From the NCBI GenBank assembly GCA_963725965.1, contig CAVSAK010000009.1, positions 78,290 to 142,289 on the forward strand: a stretch of DNA of 64,000 nucleotides. The letters are read 5' to 3'. The notes under the pieces were generated by a model. It ran no database searches. It worked only from the letters and a program-made list of their open reading frames with translations, and was not told the DNA's origin. Positions 7,887 through 16,822 of the stretch are shown here, in pieces. Position 1 is the first letter of the stretch. Each line of letters starts with the position of its first letter. The DNA is from an uncultured Actinomycetes bacterium. Lineage in GTDB: Bacteria > Actinomycetota > Thermoleophilia > Gaiellales > Gaiellaceae. The position numbers and the translations under genes are program-made.

Positions 7887-8671
7887 GCGTCACTCAGCTC
7901 CCGCGCGACCCCGAGGACGAGCAGCGCGAGCGGGCGCCACGCCGTTCTGCGCCGCGCGCTCCGGGTCGTGCGCCGTCCCTGCTCGACAGCTTCAACTATG
8001 CCTTCGAGGGGATCATCCACGTCCTCCGCACGCAGCGGAACCTCCGCATCCACTTCCTGGCGGCGGTTCTCGTGTTCGGGGCCGCGCTGGCCGTCGGCGT
8101 CACGCGGCTCCAGCTGATCGCCCTCGTGCTCGCCATCGCCTTCGTGCTCGTCGCGGAGATGCTGAACACGGCGATCGAGGGACTGATCGACGTCTCGACG
8201 ACCTCCTTCGACCCGAACGCGAAGCTGGCGAAGGACATCGCCGCCGGCGCGGTGCTGATCGCGTCGATCACGGCCGTCGCGGTCGGCTTCCTCGTCTTCC
8301 AGGGAGCGGTCGGGCAGCGAGCGACGCACGTGCTCAACCGGGTTCGCGACGCCCCCGCGGACATCACGCTCGTCGCGCTCGTCCTCGTCGTCCTCATCGT
8401 CATCGCAACGAAGGCCTGGACAGGCCACGGCACGCCGCTTCGTGGGGGCCTGCCGTCGGGACACGCTGCGGTGGCGTTCGCGGTGTGGATCGCGGTGACG
8501 TACCTGGTCGGCGACGAGCACCGCTTCGTCGTCTCGGCGCTCACGCTGATCATGGCGCTGCTCGTCGCGCAGACTCGGGTCGAGTCGGGCATCCACTCGG
8601 CGCTCGAGGTCGCGTACGGCGGTGCGCTCGGCGCACTCGTGACTCTCGTCGTCTTCCAGCTGGTCGGCTGA
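7883..8671 (+). CDS. dgkA: Fusion protein: DgkA-type (diacylglycerol/undecaprenol) kinase plus a PAP2-type lipid phosphatase domain
   Basis: GTG 7883 lies in a GTGA overlap with the ybeY stop. The N-terminal half reads FNYAFEGIIHVLRTQRNLRIHF...AEMLNTAIEGLIDV...AKDIAAGAVL (DAGK_prokar). The C-terminal half has LPSGH and TRVESGIHSALEV, like PAP2 motifs C2 and C3. Confidence 0.8.
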   Translation: MSVTQLPRDPEDEQRERAPRRSAPRAPGRAPSLLDSFNYAFEGIIHVLRTQRNLRIHFLAAVLVFGAALAVGVTRLQLIALVLAIAFVLVAEMLNTAIEGLIDVSTTSFDPNAKLAKDIAAGAVLIASITAVAVGFLVFQGAVGQRATHVLNRVRDAPADITLVALVLVVLIVIATKAWTGHGTPLRGGLPSGHAAVAFAVWIAVTYLVGDEHRFVVSALTLIMALLVAQTRVESGIHSALEVAYGGALGALVTLVVFQLVG

Positions 8672-8679
8672 GCGTGGGC

Positions 8680-9342
8680 ATGAGCGATCTCGTCGCAGAG
8701 CAGAAGCGCTACTACGCCGAGCGGGCGCCGGAGTACGACGACTGGTGGTATCGGCGCGGCCGCTACGAGCTCGAGCCGGACGCGCTCGCGCGCTGGCGGG
8801 ACGACGCCGCCGAGGCGGAGGCGGCGGTCGAGGCGCTTGCGCCGCTCGGTGCTGTCCTCGAGCTCGCGGCCGGCACCGGGATCTGGACGCGCAAGCTCAT
8901 CCGGCTCGCGGATCGTGTCGTGGCCGTGGACGCGAACGCGGAGACGCTCGCCCTCAACACGTCGGACGCCGAGCTCGTGGAGGCCGATGTCTTCGAGCTG
9001 TGTCTGGGCGAGCGGTTCGAGCTCGTCTTCTTCTCCTTCTGGCTCTCGCACGTTCCCGAGGATCGGTTCGACGAGTTCTGGAAGCTCGTGCGGACCGCGC
9101 TCGTACCGGACGGTCGCGTGTTCCTCGTCGACAGCGGCGCGGGCGACAGCGCGCACACCGGCACCGACCAGGAGGGCTGGGAGGAGACGCGGTCGCTCGC
9201 CGACGGTCGCACGTTCCGCATCGTCAAGCGGCGGTGGTGGCCCGAGGAGCTCGTGGATCGCGTGCGCTCGTCGGGCTTCGAGCTCGATCTGCACGAAACC
9301 GCGAACGGCCACTTCCTGTACGGCGCGGGAGCTCCCAGATGA
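8680..9342 (+). CDS. Class I SAM-dependent methyltransferase
   Basis: Motif I VLELAAGTGIWT, plus ADVFEL...FELVFFSFWLSHVP. An alternative GTG start exists at 8674. Confidence 0.8.
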   Translation: MSDLVAEQKRYYAERAPEYDDWWYRRGRYELEPDALARWRDDAAEAEAAVEALAPLGAVLELAAGTGIWTRKLIRLADRVVAVDANAETLALNTSDAELVEADVFELCLGERFELVFFSFWLSHVPEDRFDEFWKLVRTALVPDGRVFLVDSGAGDSAHTGTDQEGWEETRSLADGRTFRIVKRRWWPEELVDRVRSSGFELDLHETANGHFLYGAGAPR

Positions 9343-9713
9343 CGGCCGAGGAGCTGCTCGACCGGGCCGACGCGGCGGCGAAGAATGCCTACGCGCCGTA
9401 CTCGAACTATCAGGTCGGCGCCGCCGTCCTCACTCGCGACGGCCGCGCCTTCGCGGCGGCGAACGTCGAGAACGCGGCGTATCCGCTCGGCGTCTGCGCC
9501 GAACGAGCGGCGATCGCCAAGGCTGCGAGCGAAGGGGTACGGCCCGGCGAGGTGGAGGCGATCGCGATCACGGCCTCCCCGTGCGGCGGCTGTCGCCAGT
9601 GGCTCCACGAGTGGCGGTTCGAGCGCGTCCACTTCCGCCGGACCGACGGCACGATCGCGACCTACGGCGCCGACGAGCTGCTGCCGGAGACGTGGGATCT
9701 GCCGGAAGGATGA
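9339..9713 (+). CDS. cdd: Cytidine deaminase
   Basis: ATGA overlap with the upstream stop. Zinc motifs CAERAAI and PCGGCRQ. Confidence 0.9.
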   Translation: MTAEELLDRADAAAKNAYAPYSNYQVGAAVLTRDGRAFAAANVENAAYPLGVCAERAAIAKAASEGVRPGEVEAIAITASPCGGCRQWLHEWRFERVHFRRTDGTIATYGADELLPETWDLPEG

Positions 9714-10570
9714 GGTCGGGAATCGTCGCGGTGGCCGGCCGGCCGAACGTCGGCAAGTCGACGCTCGTGAACGCGATCTGCGGCGGCAAGGTGGCGATCG
9801 TCTCCGACAAGCCGCAGACGACGCGCCGGCGCATCTTCGGCATCGCGAACGGGGACGACTATCAGCTCGTCCTCGCCGACCTCCCGGGCTTCCAGCGGCC
9901 GCTCGATGCGCTCACCGAGCGCATGCAGAAGACCGTCGACGCTGCGTTCGAGGAGGTGGAGGCTGTCCTCTTCGTCCTCTCGGCGCGGGAGCGGATCGGC
10001 GCCGGCGACCGCTTCATCGCCTCGAGGGTATTCGGGCTCGGCGTCCCGGTCGTGATCGCGCTCAACAAGGTCGACCGGCTCAAGGCGAGCCACATCGCGA
10101 CGCAGATGAACGTCGCGGCGAAGCTTGGAGCCTTCCACGCGCTCCATCCGGTGAGCGCGAAGACGGGAGACGGCGTGGCGGCGCTCCGCGACGAGCTCGT
10201 GGGGCTGCTGCCGGAGGGGCCCCTCTACTTCCCGCAGGAGCAGCGCACCGATCTCTCGGTCGAGCTGCAGCTGGCCGAGCTCGTCCGCGAGAAGGCCCTC
10301 TGGCTGACGCGAGACGAGGTGCCGCACTCGATCTCCGTCGAGGTGGAGGAGATCGAGGACAAGGTCGTACGTGCGTCGATCCTCGTCGAGACCGACTCTC
10401 AGAAGCAGATCGTGGTCGGCAAGGGCGGCGCGCTCGTGAAGGACATCGGGACCCGCGCTCGGCCGGAGATCGAGGCCCTGCTCGGGCATCCGGTCTTCCT
10501 CGAGCTCATGGTCAAGGTGCGGCCGAGGTGGCGCCGCGACGCCGCCACGCTCGAACGGCTCGGCTTGTAG
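9710..10570 (+). CDS. era: GTPase Era
   Basis: ATGA overlap with the cdd stop. G1 GRPNVGKSTL, DKPQTTR, DLPG, NKVD, and a C-terminal KH domain. Confidence 0.95.
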   Translation: MRSGIVAVAGRPNVGKSTLVNAICGGKVAIVSDKPQTTRRRIFGIANGDDYQLVLADLPGFQRPLDALTERMQKTVDAAFEEVEAVLFVLSARERIGAGDRFIASRVFGLGVPVVIALNKVDRLKASHIATQMNVAAKLGAFHALHPVSAKTGDGVAALRDELVGLLPEGPLYFPQEQRTDLSVELQLAELVREKALWLTRDEVPHSISVEVEEIEDKVVRASILVETDSQKQIVVGKGGALVKDIGTRARPEIEALLGHPVFLELMVKVRPRWRRDAATLERLGL

Positions 10571-10580
10571 GAACTCCCAG

Positions 10581-11669
10581 CTACGAGCAGGTGGCGCCGC
10601 CGTGAGCGGCGAGCCACTCCTTCAGCGCCCGGATTCGCGTCGCCGCCTGCAGCAGCCGCGACTGGAGGTGCGTCGAGTCGGCTTCGTCGGCGAGGAGGGT
10701 CGCGTAGCCCCGCTCGCTGGCGCTCTCCGCGCCGAAGATGAGTAGGTCGGAGCCGGCGAGCATCGCCCGCGTCGCCGTATGCGGGATCCGGTCGGCGGCC
10801 GGCGCCGTGAGCGAGTCGGTCACCGTGACGCCCGTGAAGCCGAGCTGTTTCCGCAGCAGCCCGTTGATGATCGTGCTCGAGAACGCGGCCGGCCTCTTCG
10901 ATCCGTCGAGCTTCGGGTAGACCGCCGTCGAGAGCATGACGAGCTTCACCCCGGCGCGGACCGCGCTCTGGAACGGAAGCAGCCCCTGGTGGAGCTTCGA
11001 GGCGGCGGCGCGGATCACGATCCGGCCGTTGTCCGTGTTGCCGCTCGCGAGGCCGAGGCCGGGGAAGTGCTTCGCCGTCCCCGCGATCCCGTTCGCCTGC
11101 AGGCCGCCGACGAAGGCGCTACCCAACTGCGCGTTCCAGGTGCGCGAGTGCGAGAAGGCGCGCGAGCCGAGGAAGTTGTGCGCCGAGTCCGGCGTGTCGA
11201 CGACGGGCGCGAAGTCGACATCGATCCCGACGGAACGAAGCGCCTCCGCCGCGGCGGAGGCCTGGGAGTGTGCCACGGCTGCGCTCGTCATCTCGTCCGG
11301 AGCCTCCGTAGGGGGTGCCCAGGCGAGGCGCCTGACGATCCCGCCCTCCTGGTCGACGGCGATGAGGAGCGGCTCGCCGCGCATGCATGCCGCGTGCTGC
11401 AGCTCGTCAGTGACTGTCTCGGCGGTACGTCGTGTGAGCCAGCCGTTGCCGAGGAGGACGACGCCGCCCATCTTCCCGTTGCGGATCCGCGTGAGGAACC
11501 TCTGGCTGGGCGGGCCGACGAGCGTCCCCATCACGGTCTCGGCGGTGTCGGAGAAGCCCGTGGTTGCGTGTGTCGTCGCCGCCGGCCTCGACGTCGATCC
11601 CGACCTGGCTGTCGTCGGAACGACCGAAACGGCCGCCACGGCGACGAGAATCGCGAGTGCCCTGATCAT
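10581..11669 (-). CDS. Secreted glycoside hydrolase family 3 (NagZ-like beta-N-acetylhexosaminidase)
   Basis: Motifs LIAVDQEGGIVRRL and KHFPGLG, plus an N-terminal signal-like MIRALAILVAVAAVSVV. The track start at 11768 adds a non-hydrophobic extension, so the internal ATG 11669 is preferred. Confidence 0.82.
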   Translation of the reverse strand: MIRALAILVAVAAVSVVPTTARSGSTSRPAATTHATTGFSDTAETVMGTLVGPPSQRFLTRIRNGKMGGVVLLGNGWLTRRTAETVTDELQHAACMRGEPLLIAVDQEGGIVRRLAWAPPTEAPDEMTSAAVAHSQASAAAEALRSVGIDVDFAPVVDTPDSAHNFLGSRAFSHSRTWNAQLGSAFVGGLQANGIAGTAKHFPGLGLASGNTDNGRIVIRAAASKLHQGLLPFQSAVRAGVKLVMLSTAVYPKLDGSKRPAAFSSTIINGLLRKQLGFTGVTVTDSLTAPAADRIPHTATRAMLAGSDLLIFGAESASERGYATLLADEADSTHLQSRLLQAATRIRALKEWLAAHGGATCS

Positions 11670-11749
11670 CCCGCGCAGGGTAGCCCTCGTCTCGGCGCAG
11701 TCCTCGTGCGGTGAATTGTCGGGCTGCGGCCCAGGACTAGACTCAGTGC

Positions 11750-12688
11750 ATGGCTCAGGCGCCCGCATTGCCGGCAGGGTTCGAGCTCCCGCTCGAAGCG
11801 CGGCTGCCCAGGATCGGGGCCGTCGACGCGGTGGCGCTCGAGGAGCGCGCGGCGTCGCTCGCGAAACGCTCGATCAAGCGTGAGGCGAAGGTCTGGGCGC
11901 TTCAGCTGGCGATCCGGACGATCGACCTGACGACGCTCGAGGGGGCGGACACGCCGGGAAAGGCGGCGGCGATCGCCTCGAAGGCGCTGCGGCCGGACCC
12001 GTCCGATCCTTCCGTGCCACCGGTCGCTGCCGTGTGCGTCTATCCGAACCTCGTGCCGGCCGTGCGTGAGCGGCTTGGGGACAGCGACATCAAGATCGCG
12101 GCGGTCGCTACCGGGTTCCCGTCGGGCCAGTACCCGACGGCGATCAAGGTCGCCGACGTACGCGCGACGGTCGAGCTGGGGGCCGACGAGATCGACATGG
12201 TGATCGATCGCGGCGCTTTCCTCTCGGGTCGCTACGCAAAGGTCTACGACGAGATCGTCCAGGTGAAGGAGGCCTGCGGAGACAAGCACCTGAAGGTGAT
12301 CCTCGAGACCGGCGAGCTCGGCACCTACGACAACGTGCGGCGGGCGACGCTGCTCGCTATCGCGGCCGGGGCGGACTTCGTCAAGACGTCGACGGGGAAG
12401 ATCTCGCCGGCCGCGACGCTGCCGGTCGCGCTCTGCATGCTCGAGGCGATCCGCGACGTGTACGGGGAGACCGGCAGGCGCATCGGCTTCAAGGCGGCGG
12501 GCGGGATCCGGCAGTCGAAGCAGGCGGTGCAGCATCTCGTGCTCGTGCACGAGACCCTCGGGCCGGAGTGGCTGACCCCCGAGCTGTACCGGCTCGGTGC
12601 GTCCTCGCTGCTCAACGACATCCTGATGCAGCTCCGCAAGGAGCGCACCGGCACCTACCAGAGCGGCGACTACTTCACGAAGGACTAA
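11750..12688 (+). CDS. deoC: Deoxyribose-phosphate aldolase (long actinobacterial type)
   Basis: IDLTTLEG, VCVYPNLV, GFPSGQ, DEIDMVI, LKVILETGEL, and GADFVKTSTGK (Schiff-base Lys). Confidence 0.9.
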   Translation: MAQAPALPAGFELPLEARLPRIGAVDAVALEERAASLAKRSIKREAKVWALQLAIRTIDLTTLEGADTPGKAAAIASKALRPDPSDPSVPPVAAVCVYPNLVPAVRERLGDSDIKIAAVATGFPSGQYPTAIKVADVRATVELGADEIDMVIDRGAFLSGRYAKVYDEIVQVKEACGDKHLKVILETGELGTYDNVRRATLLAIAAGADFVKTSTGKISPAATLPVALCMLEAIRDVYGETGRRIGFKAAGGIRQSKQAVQHLVLVHETLGPEWLTPELYRLGASSLLNDILMQLRKERTGTYQSGDYFTKD

Positions 12689-12777
12689 GAGACAGGATTC
12701 CGTGACGAAGTTGGCACACTCGCGCGAACACTCGGCGCCTAGTCTTGCCCCCTCCCATCAGGGTGGGGGGTGGGTTC

Positions 12778-14253
12778 GTGGGTGAGCTGGACAACCCCCC
12801 GGCCGGGGTCGACGTACCCGGCGACTGGACCTACGCGAGCGCGCCCGAGTCGCGCGACATCGTCCACGTCCGCGAGCGCTACGGGTACTTCGTCGGCGGT
12901 GAATGGCTAGAGCCCGCCGAGACGTACGAGACCATCGCTCCCCGCGACGAGGAGCCGCTCGCAGCCGTCGGCCAGGGCACGGCCGAGGACGTCGGTCGCG
13001 CGGTCGCCGCCGCCCGCACCGCGTACGCGGACGGCTGGTCTTCCCTCCGCGGCTCGGAACGAGCGAAGTACCTCTTCCGCATCGCTCGCCTCCTCCAGGA
13101 GCGCTCACGTGAGTTCGCCGTTCTCGAGTCGCTGAACGGCGGCAAGCCGATCAAGGAGTCGCGCGACGTCGACCTCCCGCTCGCCGCGGCCCATTTCTTC
13201 TACTACGCCGGCTGGGCGGACAAGCTCGAGTACGCCTTCCCGAACCGGCGCCCGCACCCGGTCGGCGTCGCGGGCCAGATCATCCCGTGGAACTTCCCGC
13301 TCCTCATGCTGGCGTGGAAGGTCGCGCCGGCGCTCGCCTGCGGCAACACCGTCGTGCTCAAGCCGGCCGAGACGACCCCGCTGACCGCGCTCCTCTTCTG
13401 CGACGTCCTCCGCCAGGCCGAGCTCCCTCCGGGCGTCGTCAACATCGTCACGGGCGACGGCCGCACCGGCGCCGCGCTCGTCGAGAGCGAGGACGTCGAC
13501 AAGATCGCGTTCACCGGCTCGACCGAGGTGGGCAAGGAGATCCAGCGACGGCTGGCCGGCACCGGCAAGAAGCTCACGCTCGAGCTCGGCGGCAAGGCCG
13601 CGAACATCGTCTTCGACGATGCGGCGCTCGACCAGGCCGTGGAGGGGATCGTCACCGGGATCTACTTCAACCAGGGACACGTCTGCTGCGCCGGGTCGCG
13701 CCTTTTCGTCCAGGAGTCGATCTACGAGCCGCTCGTCGCCAAGCTCGAGCGGCGCCTCGCGACCCTGCGGGTGGGCGATCCGCTCGACAAGAACACCGAC
13801 GTCGGCGCGATCAACTCCGCCGCCCAGCTCGAGAAGATCCAGGAGCTCGTCGCCTCCGGAGTCGAGGAGGGCGCCCGGATCTACCAGCCGCCGTGCGTGC
13901 TTCCCGAGAAGGGTTACTGGTTCGCGCCGACCGTGTTCACTGACGTCGCGCAGAGCTACCGGATCGCGCAGGAGGAGATCTTCGGTCCGGTCCTCTCGGT
14001 CCTCACCTTCCGCACGCCGGAGGAGGCGCTGGAGAAGGCGAACAACACGCCGTACGGGCTGAGCGCGGGCGTCTGGACGGAGAAGGGCTCGCGCATCCTC
14101 TGGATGGCGCAGCGCCTGCGCGCCGGCGTGGTCTGGGCGAACACGTTCAACCGCTTCGACCCGACCTCGCCGTTCGGCGGCTACAAGGAGTCTGGCTTCG
14201 GTCGCGAGGGCGGGCTGCACGGACTCGAGCCGTATCTGGAGTTCGACGAATGA
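12778..14253 (+). CDS. NAD(P)-dependent aldehyde dehydrogenase (full length)
   Basis: WNFPLLM, FTGSTEVGK, LELGGKA (catalytic Glu) and NQGHVCCAGSR (catalytic Cys). The start is uncertain: TTG 12745, GTG 12763 and GTG 12778 are all in frame. Confidence 0.9.
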   Translation: MGELDNPPAGVDVPGDWTYASAPESRDIVHVRERYGYFVGGEWLEPAETYETIAPRDEEPLAAVGQGTAEDVGRAVAAARTAYADGWSSLRGSERAKYLFRIARLLQERSREFAVLESLNGGKPIKESRDVDLPLAAAHFFYYAGWADKLEYAFPNRRPHPVGVAGQIIPWNFPLLMLAWKVAPALACGNTVVLKPAETTPLTALLFCDVLRQAELPPGVVNIVTGDGRTGAALVESEDVDKIAFTGSTEVGKEIQRRLAGTGKKLTLELGGKAANIVFDDAALDQAVEGIVTGIYFNQGHVCCAGSRLFVQESIYEPLVAKLERRLATLRVGDPLDKNTDVGAINSAAQLEKIQELVASGVEEGARIYQPPCVLPEKGYWFAPTVFTDVAQSYRIAQEEIFGPVLSVLTFRTPEEALEKANNTPYGLSAGVWTEKGSRILWMAQRLRAGVVWANTFNRFDPTSPFGGYKESGFGREGGLHGLEPYLEFDE

Positions 14254-15047
14254 GCCGCCTGCCGGTCAAGAAGACCTACAAGCTCTTCATCGGTGGCGCC
14301 TTCCCGCGCAGCGAGTCGGGACGCACGTACGACGCGGAGGGGCAGAACGTCGCGCGCGCCTCGCGCAAGGACGTCCGCGACTCGGTTCGTGCTGCGCGCG
14401 AGGCGCAGTCGGGCTGGGCGAAGGCAACCGCGTACAACCGCGGCCAGGTGCTCTATCGCCTCGCGGAGATGGTCGAGGCGCGCGTCGCCGAGTTCGCCGA
14501 GCTGTGTAACGGGCGCGACGAGGTCGAGCAGACGATCGACCGCATCGTCTGGTACGCAGGCTGGGCCGACAAGCTGCCGCAGGTGCTGGGCGGCTCGAAT
14601 CCCGTCGCCGGCCCGTACTTCAACTTCACGGTGCCCGAACCGACCGGCGTCGTCGCCGTGCTCGCGCCTGACGAGCCGCCGCTGCTGGGACTCGTGACGC
14701 GCCTTCTTCCCCCGCTCGTCGGGGGAAACGCCGTCGTCGCCGTGGCGTCGGAGAACCGGCCGCTGGCCGCGATCGAGCTGGCCGAGGGCCTCGCCACGAG
14801 CGACGTCCCGGACGGCGTCGTGAACCTCTTGACCGGACACCACGCCGAGCTCGGGCCGGTGCTCGCCTCGCACATGGACGTCAACGCGATCGACCTCTCC
14901 GGCGCCGACGGAGACGCGTCGGAGCTCGAGCGTCTCGCGGCCGACAATGTCAAGCGTGTCGTGCACGGCCGTGCCGACGTGCAGAGCCCGTGGGAGATCG
15001 CCTCTTTTCTCGAGCTGAAGACGGTCTGGCACCCGATGGGGCAGTGA
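14250..15047 (+). CDS. Aldehyde dehydrogenase-like protein lacking the catalytic domain
   Basis: ATGA overlap with the upstream ALDH stop. The N-terminal half is ALDH-like (KLFIGG...AREAQSGWAK...VVAVLAPDEPPLLG...VVNLLTG). At only 265 aa it has no ELGGK or catalytic-Cys box. The C-terminal end FLELKTVWHP resembles an ALDH C-terminus. Confidence 0.7.
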   Translation: MSRLPVKKTYKLFIGGAFPRSESGRTYDAEGQNVARASRKDVRDSVRAAREAQSGWAKATAYNRGQVLYRLAEMVEARVAEFAELCNGRDEVEQTIDRIVWYAGWADKLPQVLGGSNPVAGPYFNFTVPEPTGVVAVLAPDEPPLLGLVTRLLPPLVGGNAVVAVASENRPLAAIELAEGLATSDVPDGVVNLLTGHHAELGPVLASHMDVNAIDLSGADGDASELERLAADNVKRVVHGRADVQSPWEIASFLELKTVWHPMGQ

Positions 15048-15048
15048 G

Positions 15049-15654
15049 GTGGGAGAATCGGTGCTCGTGAACTCGAGCCGCCGCTTCAGCCACGCGATCG
15101 CCGAGGGCGACGGCATCTCCGTGGTCGCTGCCGTCGAGGACGCCGACGCCGCGCGAGCCGCCGAGACGCAGCGGGCCGAAGCGCTCGTCGTCACGGGCGA
15201 CCCGGCGCGCTTGCGAGAGGCGACTCGCCTGCCGATCCTGTGGCGCGCGGATGCGGAGGTCGATCGAGCCGCCGAGGTCGCGGACGCCGTGACCCTCACG
15301 CTTCCGGACGAAGACGAGGATCACGACCATGTTCACCGGCGCCACGACGACGCGCTGGCCGTCGGCCTCGATTGCGCGGTGGAGGTACACAACGAGGAGG
15401 AGCTCGAGCGAGCGCTCGAGGCTCTCGATCCGGAAATCTTCCTCCTCGCGCCGCCGCCAGGGCCTCCGCACGAGCGACTCGAGGCCGTCCTCGACCTGCT
15501 CGCGGAAGTACCGGCGGGCAAGCTCGCGATCGCGGATCTCGTCGTCACGACCGAGGACGAGGTGCACGAACTGGAGCGCGCCGGCGTGGACGCGGTGATC
15601 GTCCATGCCGCGGACGTGTCGCCGCTCGCGGGCGAGGCTCCGCCCGAGGTCTAG
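15049..15654 (+). CDS. Degenerate indole-3-glycerol-phosphate-synthase-like TIM-barrel protein (function unknown)
   Basis: FSHAIAEGDGISVVAAVE, VEVHNEEELERAL and ELERAGVDAVIV parallel IGPS strands. The Lys-rich IAEIKxxSPSKG box is not conserved. Confidence 0.5.
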   Translation: MGESVLVNSSRRFSHAIAEGDGISVVAAVEDADAARAAETQRAEALVVTGDPARLREATRLPILWRADAEVDRAAEVADAVTLTLPDEDEDHDHVHRRHDDALAVGLDCAVEVHNEEELERALEALDPEIFLLAPPPGPPHERLEAVLDLLAEVPAGKLAIADLVVTTEDEVHELERAGVDAVIVHAADVSPLAGEAPPEV

Positions 15655-16682
15655 CCGAAGAACGCGTGCGCCACGTCGTACCACTCGCGTGGCACGACCT
15701 TCAGCTGCGCGGTCGCCTCCGCCAGGGGGACGGCGACCACGTCGTCCCCCTGCAGGGCCGCCATCTGGCCGAACTCGCCCGCCAGCGCGAGGTCCGCGGC
15801 CTTCAGCCCGAACCGCGTCGCGAGCACCCGGTCCCGCGGGGTCGGAGTGCCGCCGCGTTGTACGTGACCGAGCACGGTGACGCGCGTCTCGAAGCCGGTG
15901 CGCTCCTCGATCTCCCGCCCGAGCGCCTCGCCGACGCCGCGCTTCGCGAGGATCACATGCCCGAACTGATCCTGCTCGCCGCCGTCCGCGAGCCCGGGCA
16001 GCTCGCAGCCTTCGCTGACGACCACGATGGAGAAGTTCTTGCCGCGCGCGTGCCGCTTCCGGATCGATTCCGCGACTACCTCGAAGTCGACCGGGACCTC
16101 CGGCACGAGGATCACGTCGGCCCCGCCGGCAATGCCGCTCATCACGGCGATCCAACCGGTTTGACGGCCCATCACCTCGACGACCATGACGCGGTTGTGC
16201 GACTCGGCGGTCGTATGAAGCCGGTCGATCGCCTCGGTCGCGATGAAGACGGCGGTGTCGAAGCCGAACGTGTAGTCGGTGCCGGAGAGGTCGTTGTCGA
16301 TCGTCTTCGGGACGCCGATGACCGGGAGCTCATGCTCGGCGTGCAGGCGCGCCGCGACGCCGAGCGTGTCCTCGCCGCCGATCGCTACGAGCGCATCGAG
16401 ACCGCGGTCGGTGAAGTTCTGCAGTACGCGCTCGACACCGCCCTCGAGCTTGAACGGGTTCGTGCGGCTCGTGCCGATGATCGTGCCGCCGCGCGGGAGG
16501 ATCCCGGAGACCTGCGCAGGCCCGAGGTCCTCGAAGATCGGATCCACGAGGCCGCGCCAGCCCTCGCGCACCGCGACGACGTCCCAGCCGGCCGCGTCGG
16601 CCCGGCGTACGACGGCGCGGATCACCGCGTTCAGCCCGGGGCAGTCGCCGCCGCCGGTGAGGATTCCGACGCTCATCGCCAT
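15651..16682 (-). CDS. pfkA: 6-phosphofructokinase (actinobacterial ATP/PPi type)
   Basis: GILTGGGDCPGLNAVIR, IGGEDTL, PKTIDNDL, MGRQTGW and HVQRGG. Confidence 0.95.
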   Translation of the reverse strand: MAMSVGILTGGGDCPGLNAVIRAVVRRADAAGWDVVAVREGWRGLVDPIFEDLGPAQVSGILPRGGTIIGTSRTNPFKLEGGVERVLQNFTDRGLDALVAIGGEDTLGVAARLHAEHELPVIGVPKTIDNDLSGTDYTFGFDTAVFIATEAIDRLHTTAESHNRVMVVEVMGRQTGWIAVMSGIAGGADVILVPEVPVDFEVVAESIRKRHARGKNFSIVVVSEGCELPGLADGGEQDQFGHVILAKRGVGEALGREIEERTGFETRVTVLGHVQRGGTPTPRDRVLATRFGLKAADLALAGEFGQMAALQGDDVVAVPLAEATAQLKVVPREWYDVAHAFFG

Positions 16683-16822
16683 TCGGCCCGAGCCTAGATG
16701 CTCCGCCCGGACCGACGTAGAGTGTCCTGGCGTTCTACTGGGGCGGGGTGGGGCTGTTCCTGGTCGGGACCGGAGTCGTCACGTACGCCGTCCTTCGCCG
16801 CCGCAGCAGCTAGAGGGAACGA

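Noticed and set aside
16683-16822. Small ORFs between the pfk gene and the tRNA. One encodes a hydrophobic peptide of about 21-30 aa (VLAFYWGGVGLFLVGTGVVTYAVLRRRSS). Another starts at an ATG and runs into the tRNA.
   Set aside because: The hydrophobic frame has no canonical start or SD. The ATG ORF overlaps the tRNA gene and is Arg/Gly-rich. Nothing supports expression.
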